64,000 nucleotides of DNA, taken from positions 13,640,001 to 13,704,000 of the forward strand of contig CM106585.1 of assembly GCA_048013815.1 (NCBI GenBank). Direction: 5' to 3'. The DNA is from Setoptus koraiensis. Lineage: Eukaryota > Animalia > Arthropoda. This document shows positions 1 through 12,920 of the stretch, piece after piece (positions within the stretch are counted from its first letter, which is position 1; each line of letters opens with the position of its first letter). Both the position numbers and the translations under genes were made by a program. Under the pieces are notes generated by a model. It was not told the origin of the DNA. It saw nothing but the letters and a program-made list of their open reading frames with translations, and ran no database searches.

Positions 1-133
1 ATGAAAGAAAATAAATAAACCAATAGAAATTTGCACTGGCGAGATACATACCACTTTTCTGAAGGGTAAAAGTTTCCATAGTTTCCAAAAGAATTCACTC
101 GAATACAAGCGAAAATAGATGCCCGCCATAATC

Positions 134-743
134 ATGAATAATACCCAAGATACCGAGGTCAAGGTTCAGCTGCAGATTAGCGAGGACCAATGCCCATCAC
201 AGGGCGTATACTTCAAGGTAGGATAGATTGGAGGCGAGGGTACAATGAATTCTCGAACAATTTATAATCAAATATATAATAACGTCATAATAATGATATC
301 TTTTTCTTTGTTCTTGTCTTTAAATCCAATTACAGAGAGATGGTCAGAGATTCAGCAATGAATTTACATTGAAAATGACTACTGAATCAAAGTACCGTTG
401 CACAATCACTATCAAACCTTCAATACCACTTCAATCTGTATCAGTTCAGAGTTCCCTCGTTAATTTGATTGACACGACTAAGCAAAATGGTTCTTGCACC
501 TATGAGTTCGAATGGTCATCCGAGCAATATTCTGCCAATAAAAACAAAAAAAGAACAAATATACCAATAACGTTGAAATTCCAAGATGGTCTATCTGTAT
601 CATTGCCAATACAAGTCAAATTCTACAGTCCAGACAATAAACAGCATCTACAATGGGGTACTCAGTTACATTTCATTGACTATAATTGCTCTATAAAACC
701 AGAGAGGACAAGCATAAATATCGACACAACTCAATGCTATTAG
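134..743 (+). CDS. CNRIP1: CB1 cannabinoid receptor-interacting protein 1-like (CRIP1a family), 2 exons
   Basis: Exons 134..217 and 336..743 with a GT-AG phase-0 intron. Protein MNNTQDTEVKVQLQISEDQCPSQGVYFK/RDGQRFSNEFTLKMTTESKY...QVKFYSPDNKQHLQWGTQLHFIDYNC matches recalled CNRIP1 motifs (VFYKVDGQRF, QVKFY...HCQWG...IEYEC). Confidence 0.8.
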
Positions 744-1306
744 ATAATCAGAATCATTTGAACCATCATTGCCACGTATTATCATCATCGTCTTAGGTCA
801 AAAGATCGTCATATTCTCAAAGTAACGATGAGTTAACGATGTGTTCCATTAAAACATAATCGATCTCTTTATAAATCGAAAAGTAATAAGGAAAATTGTA
901 TTCAAACTATTTACACTAATTTATAATTAACATGTACCAACTTCTCTACGCTCATACTATTATTTGTAATCCCGCCCCCACCCCCTCACCCAATGACTAT
1001 GCAACCCAATGTTAACCGATCTCGTCAACTTGTAAGACAATGTGAGTTAATTTCTTAAATGTATGTATTGTATGATTATGCGAATTGAACAATTCATGAA
1101 GAGCATTAAATACATGAGGCAAATCTTCTAAACCAAAACTGCCAATCAAACTAACGTAGTTTTTCATTCCAGACAGAACCGTTTGCGAGCTATGTGTCTC
1201 GTCTACTAACTAAAATCCCATGTCACAGCATTCGCCTCGTCTCTGTGTGATTAGATTTTTTCTTCGTCTTTTTTTTTCACATTGGCCAGAGCATCAAGAA
1301 ACGAAT

Positions 1307-2640
1307 CTAATCCTCATCGGCTTGTTGTTCTTGGGGTGCGGCTTCCTGTTGTTGCTTCTTCCAGGACCATTCAGGTGTCTGGTCCTTGTTATCCTTTGGT
1401 TCGTTCACCTTGAACTGTTCCTTTTTCACTGATTTCAAAGTCACCGTGAAACCGATTTCTTTTCTGGCATTGAGCAACATTCGCTCAATCTTGGCCTCAT
1501 ATTTGGGTATTCTCTTAAGAGGCGGTTTGACACTATTTTCAGAGTGAATTGTTGATTATCAATCAAGAAGACAACTAATTAACTTTTGCCATGCAACACA
1601 AACGATTTGACTAAAATTAAATAAAAGATCTGCACTTACAATTTGCCTCTCATATCACTGACTTTGGTTGAGAGGTCATGAATCTCAAGATCCTTTCGGC
1701 CTACATGGTATTCAAGATCCCATTTTTCGTCCTCGAGATTGCGAATTCTGTCATGAAATTGCTTGCACACTGATTTTAATTCGCCTGATGAAAAAAAATT
1801 CGAGTTTTAGTTAGTGCATTTCATTCGTTTATTGCGCAAGCGACGCATTAGATTCATTGGAGACACAATTAGATTTACATATTTACTTGACTATTTGAGT
1901 CGAACTAGACTTATATGAAATTGCGACGATACTTACTCTCACTCATTGCATCAAAGTTGTTCTTTTGTCCAGTTCTTTCCGCAATTACCTTTCTTCGTTC
2001 GGCCGCCTTCGTCTCTTGCTGCCTCTTAAGCTCTTCGGCAGCCTTGCGGCGCAGCAAGAGTCGCAATTTCTTCTTCCTTTCTGGCGTCATGAATCCCTTC
2101 TTTTTAGTTTTACTTGAAGATTGGGCCTCTAATCTGGCACGTACGTCAGCTTTCTTGCGTTCGCGATCCTCGCGCTTTCGTCTCTCCTCCTATCAAATGA
2201 GGAGAACAGTTCGAGAAGAGTGAGCTTTAATTAGAGAGGAGGGATTCGCTGAAGAGATAGATCACTTGTTGACTTTAGTGCAATCTAACCACTAGCTCGA
2301 TAAGCTATTGATTGAGCTTAAGCCGCAGGCTATGCATAATGCAATTATAACTGTTATATTAATCATTGATTTTGTTATGTCATAGTTGGATCGGTCCTTG
2401 GTGCGGAATTCTTGAAAGTTTTCATATCGATTGTGTTTCATTGTCACTTTGCGCGAAAAGATAAACACGAATCAAGTATGCTAAAAAATCAGTACAATTT
2501 TGGGATTTGAGTATAGTTGACTTCAATTTTGCAGCTATAACAACTAGACTAGTTGTTGCCTGTCACTAACACTAAGGGGGGATTATCACAGTAAAGTTAG
2601 TAGTGTTATGATGGCTCACCTGACTGATAAGATCATTCAT
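1307..2640 (-). CDS. wupA: Troponin I, 4 exons (absent from the ORF track)
   Basis: Manual minus-strand splicing of 2620..2640, 1937..2189, 1640..1784 and 1307..1532, all GT-AG and in frame. Contains KKGFMTPERKKKLRLLLRRKAAEELK, EKWDLEY and DMRGKFVKPPLK, the arthropod troponin I hallmarks. Confidence 0.95.
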
Positions 2641-3010
2641 TTTGGTATTTGTTGATGCTGATTTTGTGTTGTTAAATACTTGTTTGTATAACTTATTTCA
2701 AATGTCTAATTGTTGGATAGAATCTGCGAATTATTTACGTTTAAAAATGCAACTAAATTATAGATAAAAGTCTTACACTAGTGTCACTGTGTCTGAAAAT
2801 ACATTCACCATAATTTGTGTGTTTGTATTGCTATTAGCGAATGGCAACACTTCTGTTGATTAATGGTATTGGAGGCTTGCTCTGAATATTTATATTTGCG
2901 AGTATATGCGATATTCATGTAGCAAAGTTGTGTATATTTGTAATGGAAGCAAAGAGAGTATGTAGTTAGCCCGTTTCACATTTTGGAAAAGGCGAACGAG
3001 AAACAGAAGG

Positions 3011-3037
<27 letters not shown>
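3011..3037. repeat. (GA)n microsatellite
   Basis: Direct reading of an uninterrupted gaga run. Confidence 0.95.
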
Positions 3038-3041
<4 letters not shown>

Positions 3042-3796
3042 CGGTGATTCGAGTGAATACAGACTAATAAATATTAGTTGCACACTACTTAAATATTGTT
3101 TATGAAACAGATTGATACAAAGATTAATATATTGAGAGCTAGCTAAAGGTTTCAAACTCAGATCTATACGACATTCGCCAGCATCTTGGATAGTGAGTGC
3201 AGTATATGTAAAATCACTCTTAGTAGTACAATCTATGAATAATTGGAACAATACAGCCGTTGATGCCGCAAGATCCTTTGAGCCTTTTTCGCTATCGAAC
3301 AACAAGCTAATCAAAAATGACTATAAACAACATATTTCATACATGTTCGCGTTCGCTTTCACTGCACCTAACGAAATTAGCCAAATTTTCTCGAAGCAAT
3401 AGTGAACTTGTTATGTCACTCTAATTAAGATGATACTTACATCTTCTGATAGTGGAAGAGGTTACCAAATTAATGAATGTGTAAATATAATCGCGCGACT
3501 TGAGATCGTCACCGGAGCATGAGAAGAGAAGCAGCAAACATTGCTCATTGATTTGCCCTATCCCGTCAAATTTGACTGTATACTAGAGGGGATAGTTGCT
3601 GCGGTATACTGAATCAGTATTACTGATCAAACTCCCATCGCTATCCTATGTGTGCAACGGTGTGCTTTGGCATTGAGAAACTTACCCGGTCTATCTTGGC
3701 GCTCTCGAGCTCGTAGTGATTCCGCACGCCTACATGCTGCCGGCTGCTTCGTGGAACGAACAACAAAGATTGTACGTGGATCGCCGAACGTTCAGG

Positions 3797-3984
3797 GTGG
3801 AACTCTGAGAATCGAACTCCGGGAATCGAATTCTGAAAATCGAACTCTGAGAATCGAACGAATCAAGATCGAACTTCTCGGATCGAGCTCCCCCGAATCG
3901 AATTAGCTGAATCGAATTTGCACGATCGAACCTGCAGCATCGAACTTGCACAATTCGCGAATCGAGTTGTGCGAAGTTCGATGC
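3797..3984. repeat. Degenerate 14-bp minisatellite (ATCGAA + variable 8 nt) ending in a ~21-bp hairpin
   Basis: Units include atcgaactccggga, atcgaattctgaaa, atcgaactctgaga, atcgaacttctcgg, atcgaattagctga, atcgaatttgcacg, atcgaacctgcagc, atcgaacttgcaca. Inverted arms at 3937..3957 and 3963..3984. Confidence 0.85.
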
Positions 3985-4781
3985 TCGAATTCGCGGGATC
4001 ATGGGGAACAGTGCGATAAATCTGTAGTCGAATTGGCAGGCTCGCTTGGCACCAAATACTGACCAGCGAGAGTGGTGTGATCGCCAATTGGCATCGACGC
4101 CTTCCACTGTCCAAAACATAGTTGCAGAGAAGTTCCGCAAGGGCGGCGCTATCATGCTTTCTCCGTTCATTTCAGCTCGCTCACTCATATCGCACACAGC
4201 GCACAATTGAGCACACATAACCAGAAAAAAGTGACATTTGCCGAGACACTACAGGTTTTGGTGAGCATTCTAGAGCAAACCGAGCGCACCTGGAGGCTTT
4301 TCTCAGCATCGTTCTTACACTCGGTGAAAATTTTACACAGTGCCCGTGTAAACATACTCACATGCCACTGTATGTGCGTACCTGGTGAGATTTTGTTGTT
4401 GAACCATTCATCAGCTGTGGATATTTTTGTTTTTGCTCTGTGTGGCCACTGTGTGGTGCAACAGACGAGACCTCAATGACAATCATAAAATATCCTCACC
4501 ATTAATAACATGTCAATGCCAGCATGAGGACGGCCAACCGTTGAATTTCATTTTATGACAATAATAATCATATATTATCTAGCGCACACATTCATCGTTC
4601 TCCAAAGAAATTTGTCAGCCTCATTGGAACAGAGAGACTCAAATTGGACTTGAACTGTTTGCATTGCTCAACAGTTCGCCAGCGACGATCGGACCTGTCT
4701 TCGTTACGATGCCATCATCACCGTAGGACAAAATACATCGAGGTACACATATTATTTACAAAGTAGCTCAAACTGTACACC

Positions 4782-7700
4782 ATGGAACATCCTGCTCAAC
4801 TCGTTGTAAGTGACAGTATTGTTCACGAATTTCCCGATATCCATGCCAATACTATGGCTGTGGACTCAACTGGTAGATACGCAATCATCTGCAGTAGAAA
4901 ATGTATGATCATCGTTGAATTGGATAGTCCACAACAAAACTACAAAAGGCTACCTAGAGATTCAAAATATGAGCCATCTTCCAGTCAATTCAATCGCCTC
5001 ATTAAAGATCTATTTGCGATCACAACATCCCAAGTGGTTGATGTCTTTTCTATTGAGGACGATTTCCCCTCTAAACCCAAGCTATCGTTGCGTGGACACT
5101 CCAGGGGTATCACCGATATTGATTGGTCACATTTCGATCCTTATTTACTAGGCACATCATCAGCCGATTGTACTACTAATCTATGGGATGTAAGAGAGAA
5201 TAGAAGGCCCATGGCGTCACTTACCTCAGTGTCAGGAGCAACTCAGGTGAAATTCAGTAAAACATCCAGCAATTTGGTAGCAACAAGCCATGAAATAGAT
5301 GTAAGAATATGGGATACTCGACAGCCAGGCCTACCTCTGCATTACATCGCTGCACATTTGCAAAAAATAAATGGCCTCGATTGGAATCCACACATAGGTG
5401 ATCAACTTGTAACGTGCTCGCAAGATTGTAGCATTCGTCTCTGGGACCTATCGGCCAATAAGATCAAACCTGGTTTATCTGCATTATCTAAATCGCCTGC
5501 GTGGCGCATAAGATATACACCATTTTCATCTGTTGGAGTTGTGACCTCTATATTGCCTCAACTGAGATCTCGCAATGAATGTAACTCATTGAACTTGTGG
5601 TCTATACGGTCTTACAGATACGAAAAGAGATTCGAATTATTGTCTACACTAGTGGGCCATACGGATGTAGTTATTGATTTTGATTGGAGGATCAAAAGTG
5701 TCGAGCCGGATATCGATTGTGAGCTTGTGTCATGGTCAAAGGATAACACTCTGAGGATTTGGAAATTAGACTACCAGTTGACAGATCTGCAAACCGACAT
5801 GTCGGACTCTGAAACCGAAGGTGAACCAGATACTTGTGTCGAGGATGATATGATAAATGTCGCACAAAGCGAAAACTACGATACAGTTGATTCAATAACC
5901 AATTCAAAACCTCAATTAGAGTTGTCCAATGTCAGTAGTCTACGCGATGATGATAAAGATGATGATTCACAGATTGGTTCCAACGATAAATCTCTAAGCC
6001 TGGTCTCTCCGCAAGAGCTGAGACAAGAGTTCAACCTAATAAACAAAAACATACCCAATATTGAATTTGAGGAATTGAATCCACTCAGAAGAGTTTGCAT
6101 GGTCACTGCTAGAGCAAATAATGTAACCTGCCGATTGCGAATCGCCCTGCCCCCATCATACCCACTGAACGAAAGTCCTACTTTCACTATCATTGATGGT
6201 TTTCATTACGGAAGTGAGTGTCTTAGCGCAGATGCCAAAGATAAACTCTTGGTGATTTTGAACGAAACTGCTCAATTGCAACTAAGTCGTAGTAGAAATT
6301 GTCTAGAACCATGTTTGAGAAAATTCATCACTACCCTACAAAAACTGACAAGTCATAATAGCCGTATGAGACGTAAAGGCTCTGCTGCTGAGTCATCGTC
6401 AAAAGACGATCCAATCACCCTGTCGATGCAACGAGATCATTCAGTGCCTTTTCCCAGAACTTCCGGTGCCCGATTCTCCGGTGATTTCTTGGTTTGTTTC
6501 GGCAGGCCAATATTACAATCTCATGGTCCCACTGCGTCTAACGAGATAGCACCACCAACCAATTGGTTAGTGGAGACTCCTAGATCTATGGCCCAATTGA
6601 GTGCATATTTAGATAATAGACGCAAGCAAACTAATTTTAGTTACATGCTTTCAAACATATCGATATCACACTTCTATTACGGATCCCCTAGAAGAATAGA
6701 AACCAACTTAAAAAATCGTTCATCGTCCCACAGAAACTCTAGAAACTTGAGAACATCTCGATCTGTAATTCAACAATCTTCAATTATCGCTAAGAGTTTA
6801 AAATCTGGACCAGTTCTGATTTGTGATGTATCAGCCATTCAAATGGGTGCCATCAGCCGATACCTTGCAGACAACTATATCTTTGATCGAGATGTGATAA
6901 AGATGTGTCGTAAAAATGCAGAAGTTGCTCGTTCTTGCGGTCGACTTGATTTGGTTCAGATATGGTCTTTAGCCGAGTTATCAGCAGAAGGAGTCCTTCA
7001 TTCAAGCCTTCCTGGGAATCACATATGCATCGACGGTAAAACCTCGACCAACGATTTGTCTTGGTTCACAGATAAGCCTTGGACATTGCATCCATTTGGA
7101 GGGAAGCTCATACAATCACTCATTAGTCATTACGTCAATAATTGCCATGATGTTCAAACTGCTGCCATGTTAATTTGGACATTCTCCTCGCCCAAGCTAG
7201 AGCGATTGCAACGTAATCTGAGCATCCGCTCTCCAACCGCAGTTAAAGGTATCCCTGGTTTGAATAGTAATGTAAGTCGTATGATCTCTTCCACGCTGGA
7301 CCTTGAAATGATTTACACTGGCCTGTCGCTTTTATCGCTCACAAACATGTGCTAACTTTTCCTTGATGAACTTAATACTTATTCTGATTCTGTTTCGAGA
7401 AATTACAACTAATTTTGCGTTATACCTCACATCATTGTTGAGGTTGAACGACAAAACACACTTGTTCACTCAACTGTTTCTCTTCCTGTCATCTAAACCA
7501 TCAAGGTTGCGTCATTCATGAAGATACTCAGGGTATATTTTTGAAGATCTCTCACTCATTCCATGTATAACCAAATACCCATACCATTCTGAAATTATCC
7601 ACATAGATACTGATTTCATTCAAATTCATCCCCTCAGGTTGCTGGTCAGTCACCGTACTTTACAGTAGGGCCAAATCTCGTTTCCGGCACGTCGAGTTAC

Positions 7701-8370
7701 TGTGCTGATGGTAATTCAGATGATTGGAACTTTGTTTCAAGTTGTGATGCACGTCACCGCTCCAATTCTTGGTCGGACTCCAACGAGAACGATATATTCA
7801 ATAACTTAGAATTGGTTCGAAATGACAATCCTTATGAGGCGCAAGGTAGGTGGCTTTAGGTGGGAAGTAAGACTTAAGCCAGCATTAACATGACTTTCAC
7901 TGACATGATCACTGTTTTTAATTTATCCAGGAGAAAACTCCTTGCATGCCCAAATATTGGACCCAGAGAAGAGCCTCCAAAATGATCTCATAAAGCAAAT
8001 CTACGCTGAAGTTTTATATAGATGGAATTTACTTAATCAACGCGCGATGGTTCTTAAGAACATCGGAGCTCACACTCTACATTCATCCTTGTTTGATTAT
8101 GATTCGTCTCCTCGCCAGTCGCCAGCAGATCGCCTACCAAACCTGATCAATCAATGTCACAAGTGTCGATCGAGTTGTAGATCTGTCATTTGTTCCAAAT
8201 GTAGGTATTATAGCTTTTTTTGTAGTATATGTCAGTTACCAGTCAAAGGAACCAGTTCGATTTGTACGAAATGCTTGCATGGTGGACATGTGACCCACTA
8301 TGATTCTTGGTTTAGATCATACAACTTTTGTCCCACAGGCTGTGGTTGCCGTTGCCTTCAAATAGATTGA
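4782..8370 (+). CDS. WDR59: GATOR2 complex subunit WDR59 (WD40 repeats, RWD domain, C-terminal RING-like Zn finger)
   Basis: Exons 4782..7271, 7638..7845, 7931..8370 splice in frame. WD40 motifs (GHSRGITDIDWS, LWDVR), an RWD-like segment, YAEVLYRW, and CSICQLPVKG...C..CLHGGH...CPTGCGC. Confidence 0.93.
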
Positions 8371-8893
8371 TAGTCAATATTTTTCGAATAAAAGAAACCT
8401 TTTCTCGCTCTTTCGAAGATGCCTCCGCCGTTTTTATCTAGATAATTACTTATACTTTCCAAGTTATGAAGGAAAAAAGTTTGAATATAAGCTCTGAAAC
8501 AAGAGAGATGCAATTCACTTTTCATCATACAGCATTGGAGTGAAAATTTTATCATTCACCGGGAGCAGTAATAACTATTCTCTGCTTTGCCGCCATATAA
8601 GCTAAACCTTGGTTAGGTCTACAAGGTATAATGCTGTTTATTCACATGATAGAAATCACGTTCGCTCGTAATCGTGAACAATGGATGATCATATAACAGC
8701 GTATATCACATTGGCGATGAATGTCTTCATCTCATATCTCGTCGACTTACTCGTAGCTAGATAATGGATCGACATGACTCATCAGAGCTCTTACTCGATT
8801 GTACAAGTTCTCGAACAAAACATTAGCAACTTGTGACGCTCGTGTGTTTGTGTGGCTCGCTAGATCATCTGGGAGGAGCACCTATATCTGATA

Positions 8894-9393
8894 TTAATTG
8901 AAATTTCGGTTGTTTTCCGCCTGCCTTTTGAAAACAGCCAATGTATTTTTTTCCCGAGGTGACCTATCTTCTCGGCTAAACTTTGATGAGATTCTTCTAA
9001 TCCACCAAGGAAAATCCATCACCTATAAAGTCGGTGTTGAGTAACCAAAATCATCTGCATGATGATTTCAGTTCTTTCTCTCATCTTGGCATTTTCAACG
9101 TGATAACAACGATTGTCGACAATTGTTGTCAGCTGTCACAATAAGATTAATGACCACAGCGGGGAAGACGATACTAGCGACATCTAGTCAAGTAGCATGA
9201 ATACTAGTCAGCGCACCGTTGCTTTCGCATCAGTATGGTACACTCCGGGCTTTATGTTGATGATGTTGCCACCTTTCTTCGTAGGGACTCTTATTTCTTC
9301 CTTACGGAGCAAGTAATGATCGTAGAAAATATTTAGAAATTGAAAACATTTTACCAAGTTTTTTGTCCAAAAGAAATCATTCAAAAATGCCAT
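8894..9393 (-). CDS. Possible small 2-exon orphan gene (~101 aa), unknown product
   Basis: ORF 9217..9393 with donor ACG|gtgcgc can splice in phase 0 to acceptor ttttatag-like ctttatag|GTG (exon 8894..9022). No family recognised. Confidence 0.25.
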
Positions 9394-10054
9394 CGAACAT
9401 TTTGGGCTTTATCGAGGCGCCATGAATCAAACATTTTTCAGCGGACTTAGATGTTTTAATTGGAGAACAAAAACAGGATCAAATTTCAGCCGTGAATGAT
9501 ATTATATAAGCCTCTCTCGCTCTCAGCTCAGACAATGCTAGATACGAATGTAGTTGAACCAATACCAATTAGCAATATATGAAATAGGACAAGAGACTAA
9601 CTAACCATTGGGACATCTGAGAAGCACTTCAAGATCATCATCATCATTCACATGTTTTGCTGATGTTATTATATTGATAGTGGTGCACTGTACAGAAAGA
9701 AAAACTAGTTCTACCATCCTCTCTAAACCACAACAACTATCGCAGCCTGCGCTGTATAAGATTTTAGCTCCATATGGTCGTTTACTATGGTCAGATTGTC
9801 AATAGGCTTGGTCCAAGTTTTAAAAGCTATTCAGCCATAAAATCTCCCAGCTGGCATGGGAATGACATCACATCAATTAAACTGAAAAGGGCCTAAAGAA
9901 AAAATAAGGTCAATCTATTCAAAGATACGCACACACTTCAATGAATTAGTTGTGACGCGCAAGCATTGAATTCAAATCAATTTTAATCAATTCTCATCTA
10001 TATTGCATCATTTTTTTATAGAAGCCAAAATCAGATGATCGTAATTAATTCAGG

Positions 10055-12892
10055 ATGAATCCAGCCAAAAAGATGGTCTACATGCAAAGGGTTCTTAATC
10101 CAAGGGCCACAAAAACGAGTACAGATGTTGAAAGAGAGAATTTCGAACGAACCATGTTCGAAAGTCTTAATAAGGCCATTAATCCAGTTGAGTGTCCACC
10201 TAAGGAGAAGCATGTTAGGAAATTATTGATCGGAACCTATCAGGTCAAGAGTGGTCAATTCTTTTGGGAAATGTCTCCGGTCTTAAAATTGCAAGAAAAT
10301 CCAATAATATGTTGGAAATTTTGTCATGTCCTTCACAAGTTACTTCGTGATGGATATAGGCAAGTTGTTGTGGACTCATACAGTCATCGACAAGTGCTTG
10401 TTGATTGCGGAAAAATGTGGAGTCATATGGACGGATATGGACAAATAATTAAATTGTTCTGCCAGTTATTATTCAATAGAATCAATTTCTACATAAGGAA
10501 TCCCAGATTTCCAACAGATCTCAAATTGACAGATGACGAAATAGAGGCGATTGGTGAGGGCGACGTCAATGTATATTTTCAATTAGGATGCGAGCTATTC
10601 GACTCGCTAGATGATATATTGTCTCTCCAAGAGAGTGTATTGGGCTCGCTCAGACTGAGAAGTTCAAGTTCCCTCACACAGACTGGCCAGTGTCGTCTCG
10701 CCCCACTCACAGCTTGTATACAAGATTCTAGTTTGTTATATGATTATTCAGTGAAAATCCTATTCAGATTGCACGCACAGCTGCCTGTGGCCACATTGGA
10801 GGGTCACCGAGAAAGATTTATGAATCAATACAATGCGTTGAAACAATTTTATGTCAATACCGCCAGTTTGCAGTATTTTAAAAATCTTATTCAAATACCA
10901 CGCTTGACAGACAAACCACCAAATTTTCTTGTCGCATCCGATATTAATGATCACGTTACTCCGCATGTTGTTGTTATACAGGAACGCGACTCGCCAGAGT
11001 TGAATAACAATCCAGAAGAATTGTTGATTGATATATCTAGTCAGGAAGATGAAATTCAAGCAGGGGAGAGTAGTAACACCTCTTTGAGCAGTGTCCCAGT
11101 GAACAAGGATTTGTTGATAAATCAACTCCGTTCAAATATAGATCAACTAAACACAGAAATACAATTTGCTAAGTTTGAGCAAGCAAGAATAGTTAATAAT
11201 CTGTCTTCCACAATAGAAGAACTCAAAACTCAACTGGATCAATCACAAAATAACAACTCCAGATCTTTTTCGGAGATTCCAAACGATGTTACAATCGAGA
11301 CAGACAACAAATTGGCAAAGTTGACGCAAGACTTCAACGATCTAAAAGTATCGTACCAAAAACTATACCAAGATCACCAGGAATTGAAGAAAAATAATGA
11401 ACTTAATCAAAAATCTATCAAAGAATATGTGACAAATATAGAATTGACTTCAAAAGAAAAGACCACTCTGCAATCGCAAGTAAAGCTCTTGGAGAATAAA
11501 ATTAGTGAGATGGCCACATCAGCAAACATTCAGGAATGTTCGAAGATGGAGGCCAAAAACTTGGCCACTAAGCTAGAGCTGAAGGAGAGAGAACTAAAAA
11601 ATATGATAAATCTCCATGATCAACTGAAAACACAAAACGCTAGACAAGCTGCCGAGTTCGAAATCAAATCGAAGCATAATCTGAAGGATTATGAAAACAA
11701 GATATTATCATTTGTTTTGAAATCAGAGACATCCTTGCTTGAGGATCTTGCGTCCAAGTCCAACCGAGCTATCTGTGATGTTGGTACAGCAAACTTAAAT
11801 CATTTCCTGCTAATCATAGAAGATACTGAGACGAACTTGAGGAGTTTCCTTGGAAAAGTACAGCACCCCACGGAATCAAATGATAAGATAGCGGCTCAAA
11901 TCGATTCAATTATCAAATTTTTCACGCTAGTAGGCCATCTATATTTTAGGGCTTTAGTAACTTATGAGACACGTCTAGATGCTGATGTGAGCCAAGAAAT
12001 AATGACGAACGCTCGAGCATTGATAAAAAATTCTCTCAGTCTGGCCGAAGACTTATCAAGTTCTCCCGAAAAAATCGAAACTACTTACCAGCCATTCAAT
12101 CTATTATCAAGTAATCTAGACCAGCTCAGAGCACTTGTCGCATCATGCATCAAAAGTGAGAGCAAGTCTGAGAACTTGGAGGAAATACTAACAAAAGAAT
12201 TGAATGAAACTGACAAAATCATCAAAGAGGCTGCGCTTAGAATAGAACAATTAACTGTTAATTCGCGTAAATTGGATACCGGAATCAAGCTCCACGTGAA
12301 TAGTAAGATATCTGATGTATGTTCCAATTTAATGCAAGCAGTGATGCATCTTATATTGATGTCCAAGAATCTCCAGAAAGAAATTGTAAGTGCTGGCAAC
12401 TCATCAGCCCAAAACTTTCAAGAATTTTATCAACGTAACTCCAGTTGGACAGAGGGCTTAATATCGGCTGCTAATGTAGTCGCTATGGCCGCCAAGCTTT
12501 TAGTTGATTCCGCCGATAGAATCATGACGGGAGATGGCAAGTTCACAGAACTGGCTGCAGCCGCTCACGAAATAGCTGCCGCCACAACTCAACTGGTAGT
12601 GGCTTCAAAAGTGAAGGCAAAACAAGATAGTGAGAGTTTGAAGTCTCTAGTTTTGTCTTCAAAACAAGTTAATTTGGCCACAGGTAACGTTGTAGCCACA
12701 GCAAAGGTATGTGCTCAGTTAGTTGAGCAGGAGTCCGAGAATCTTGACATATCGACACTCAGTTTGCATCAAACTAAAAAACTTGAAATGGAAACACAGG
12801 TGAAACTCCTCGAGCTGGAGAGTGAAATAACTCGTGAGAGGATAAAGTTGGGCGCGCTCAGAAAGCAGCATTATGACATCCAGCCCGAGTAA
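10055..12892 (+). CDS. HIP1: Huntingtin-interacting protein 1 / Sla2 (ANTH, coiled coil, I/LWEQ), intronless
   Basis: N-terminal KAIN..ECPPKEKHVR..IGT and CWKFCHVLHKLLRDG (ANTH). C-terminal FYQRNSSWTEGLISAA and EIAAATTQLVVASKVKA (talin-like THATCH). Confidence 0.95.
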   Translation: MNPAKKMVYMQRVLNPRATKTSTDVERENFERTMFESLNKAINPVECPPKEKHVRKLLIGTYQVKSGQFFWEMSPVLKLQENPIICWKFCHVLHKLLRDGYRQVVVDSYSHRQVLVDCGKMWSHMDGYGQIIKLFCQLLFNRINFYIRNPRFPTDLKLTDDEIEAIGEGDVNVYFQLGCELFDSLDDILSLQESVLGSLRLRSSSSLTQTGQCRLAPLTACIQDSSLLYDYSVKILFRLHAQLPVATLEGHRERFMNQYNALKQFYVNTASLQYFKNLIQIPRLTDKPPNFLVASDINDHVTPHVVVIQERDSPELNNNPEELLIDISSQEDEIQAGESSNTSLSSVPVNKDLLINQLRSNIDQLNTEIQFAKFEQARIVNNLSSTIEELKTQLDQSQNNNSRSFSEIPNDVTIETDNKLAKLTQDFNDLKVSYQKLYQDHQELKKNNELNQKSIKEYVTNIELTSKEKTTLQSQVKLLENKISEMATSANIQECSKMEAKNLATKLELKERELKNMINLHDQLKTQNARQAAEFEIKSKHNLKDYENKILSFVLKSETSLLEDLASKSNRAICDVGTANLNHFLLIIEDTETNLRSFLGKVQHPTESNDKIAAQIDSIIKFFTLVGHLYFRALVTYETRLDADVSQEIMTNARALIKNSLSLAEDLSSSPEKIETTYQPFNLLSSNLDQLRALVASCIKSESKSENLEEILTKELNETDKIIKEAALRIEQLTVNSRKLDTGIKLHVNSKISDVCSNLMQAVMHLILMSKNLQKEIVSAGNSSAQNFQEFYQRNSSWTEGLISAANVVAMAAKLLVDSADRIMTGDGKFTELAAAAHEIAAATTQLVVASKVKAKQDSESLKSLVLSSKQVNLATGNVVATAKVCAQLVEQESENLDISTLSLHQTKKLEMETQVKLLELESEITRERIKLGALRKQHYDIQPE

Positions 12893-12920
12893 TGTAACCA
12901 TATGTTTTTTTTAAGAGTGA

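Noticed and set aside
1220-2223. Plus-strand ORFs 1220..1432 and 1915..2223
   Set aside because: Antisense shadows of troponin I exons.
3797-3966. CRISPR-like array or heat-shock element cluster
   Set aside because: The 6-nt repeats and 8-nt spacers are far too short, the context is eukaryotic with no cas genes, and GAA units lack the nGAAnnTTCn spacing.
3652-4218. Overlapping ORFs of 83-162 aa
   Set aside because: Products of the stop-poor minisatellite; no protein motifs.
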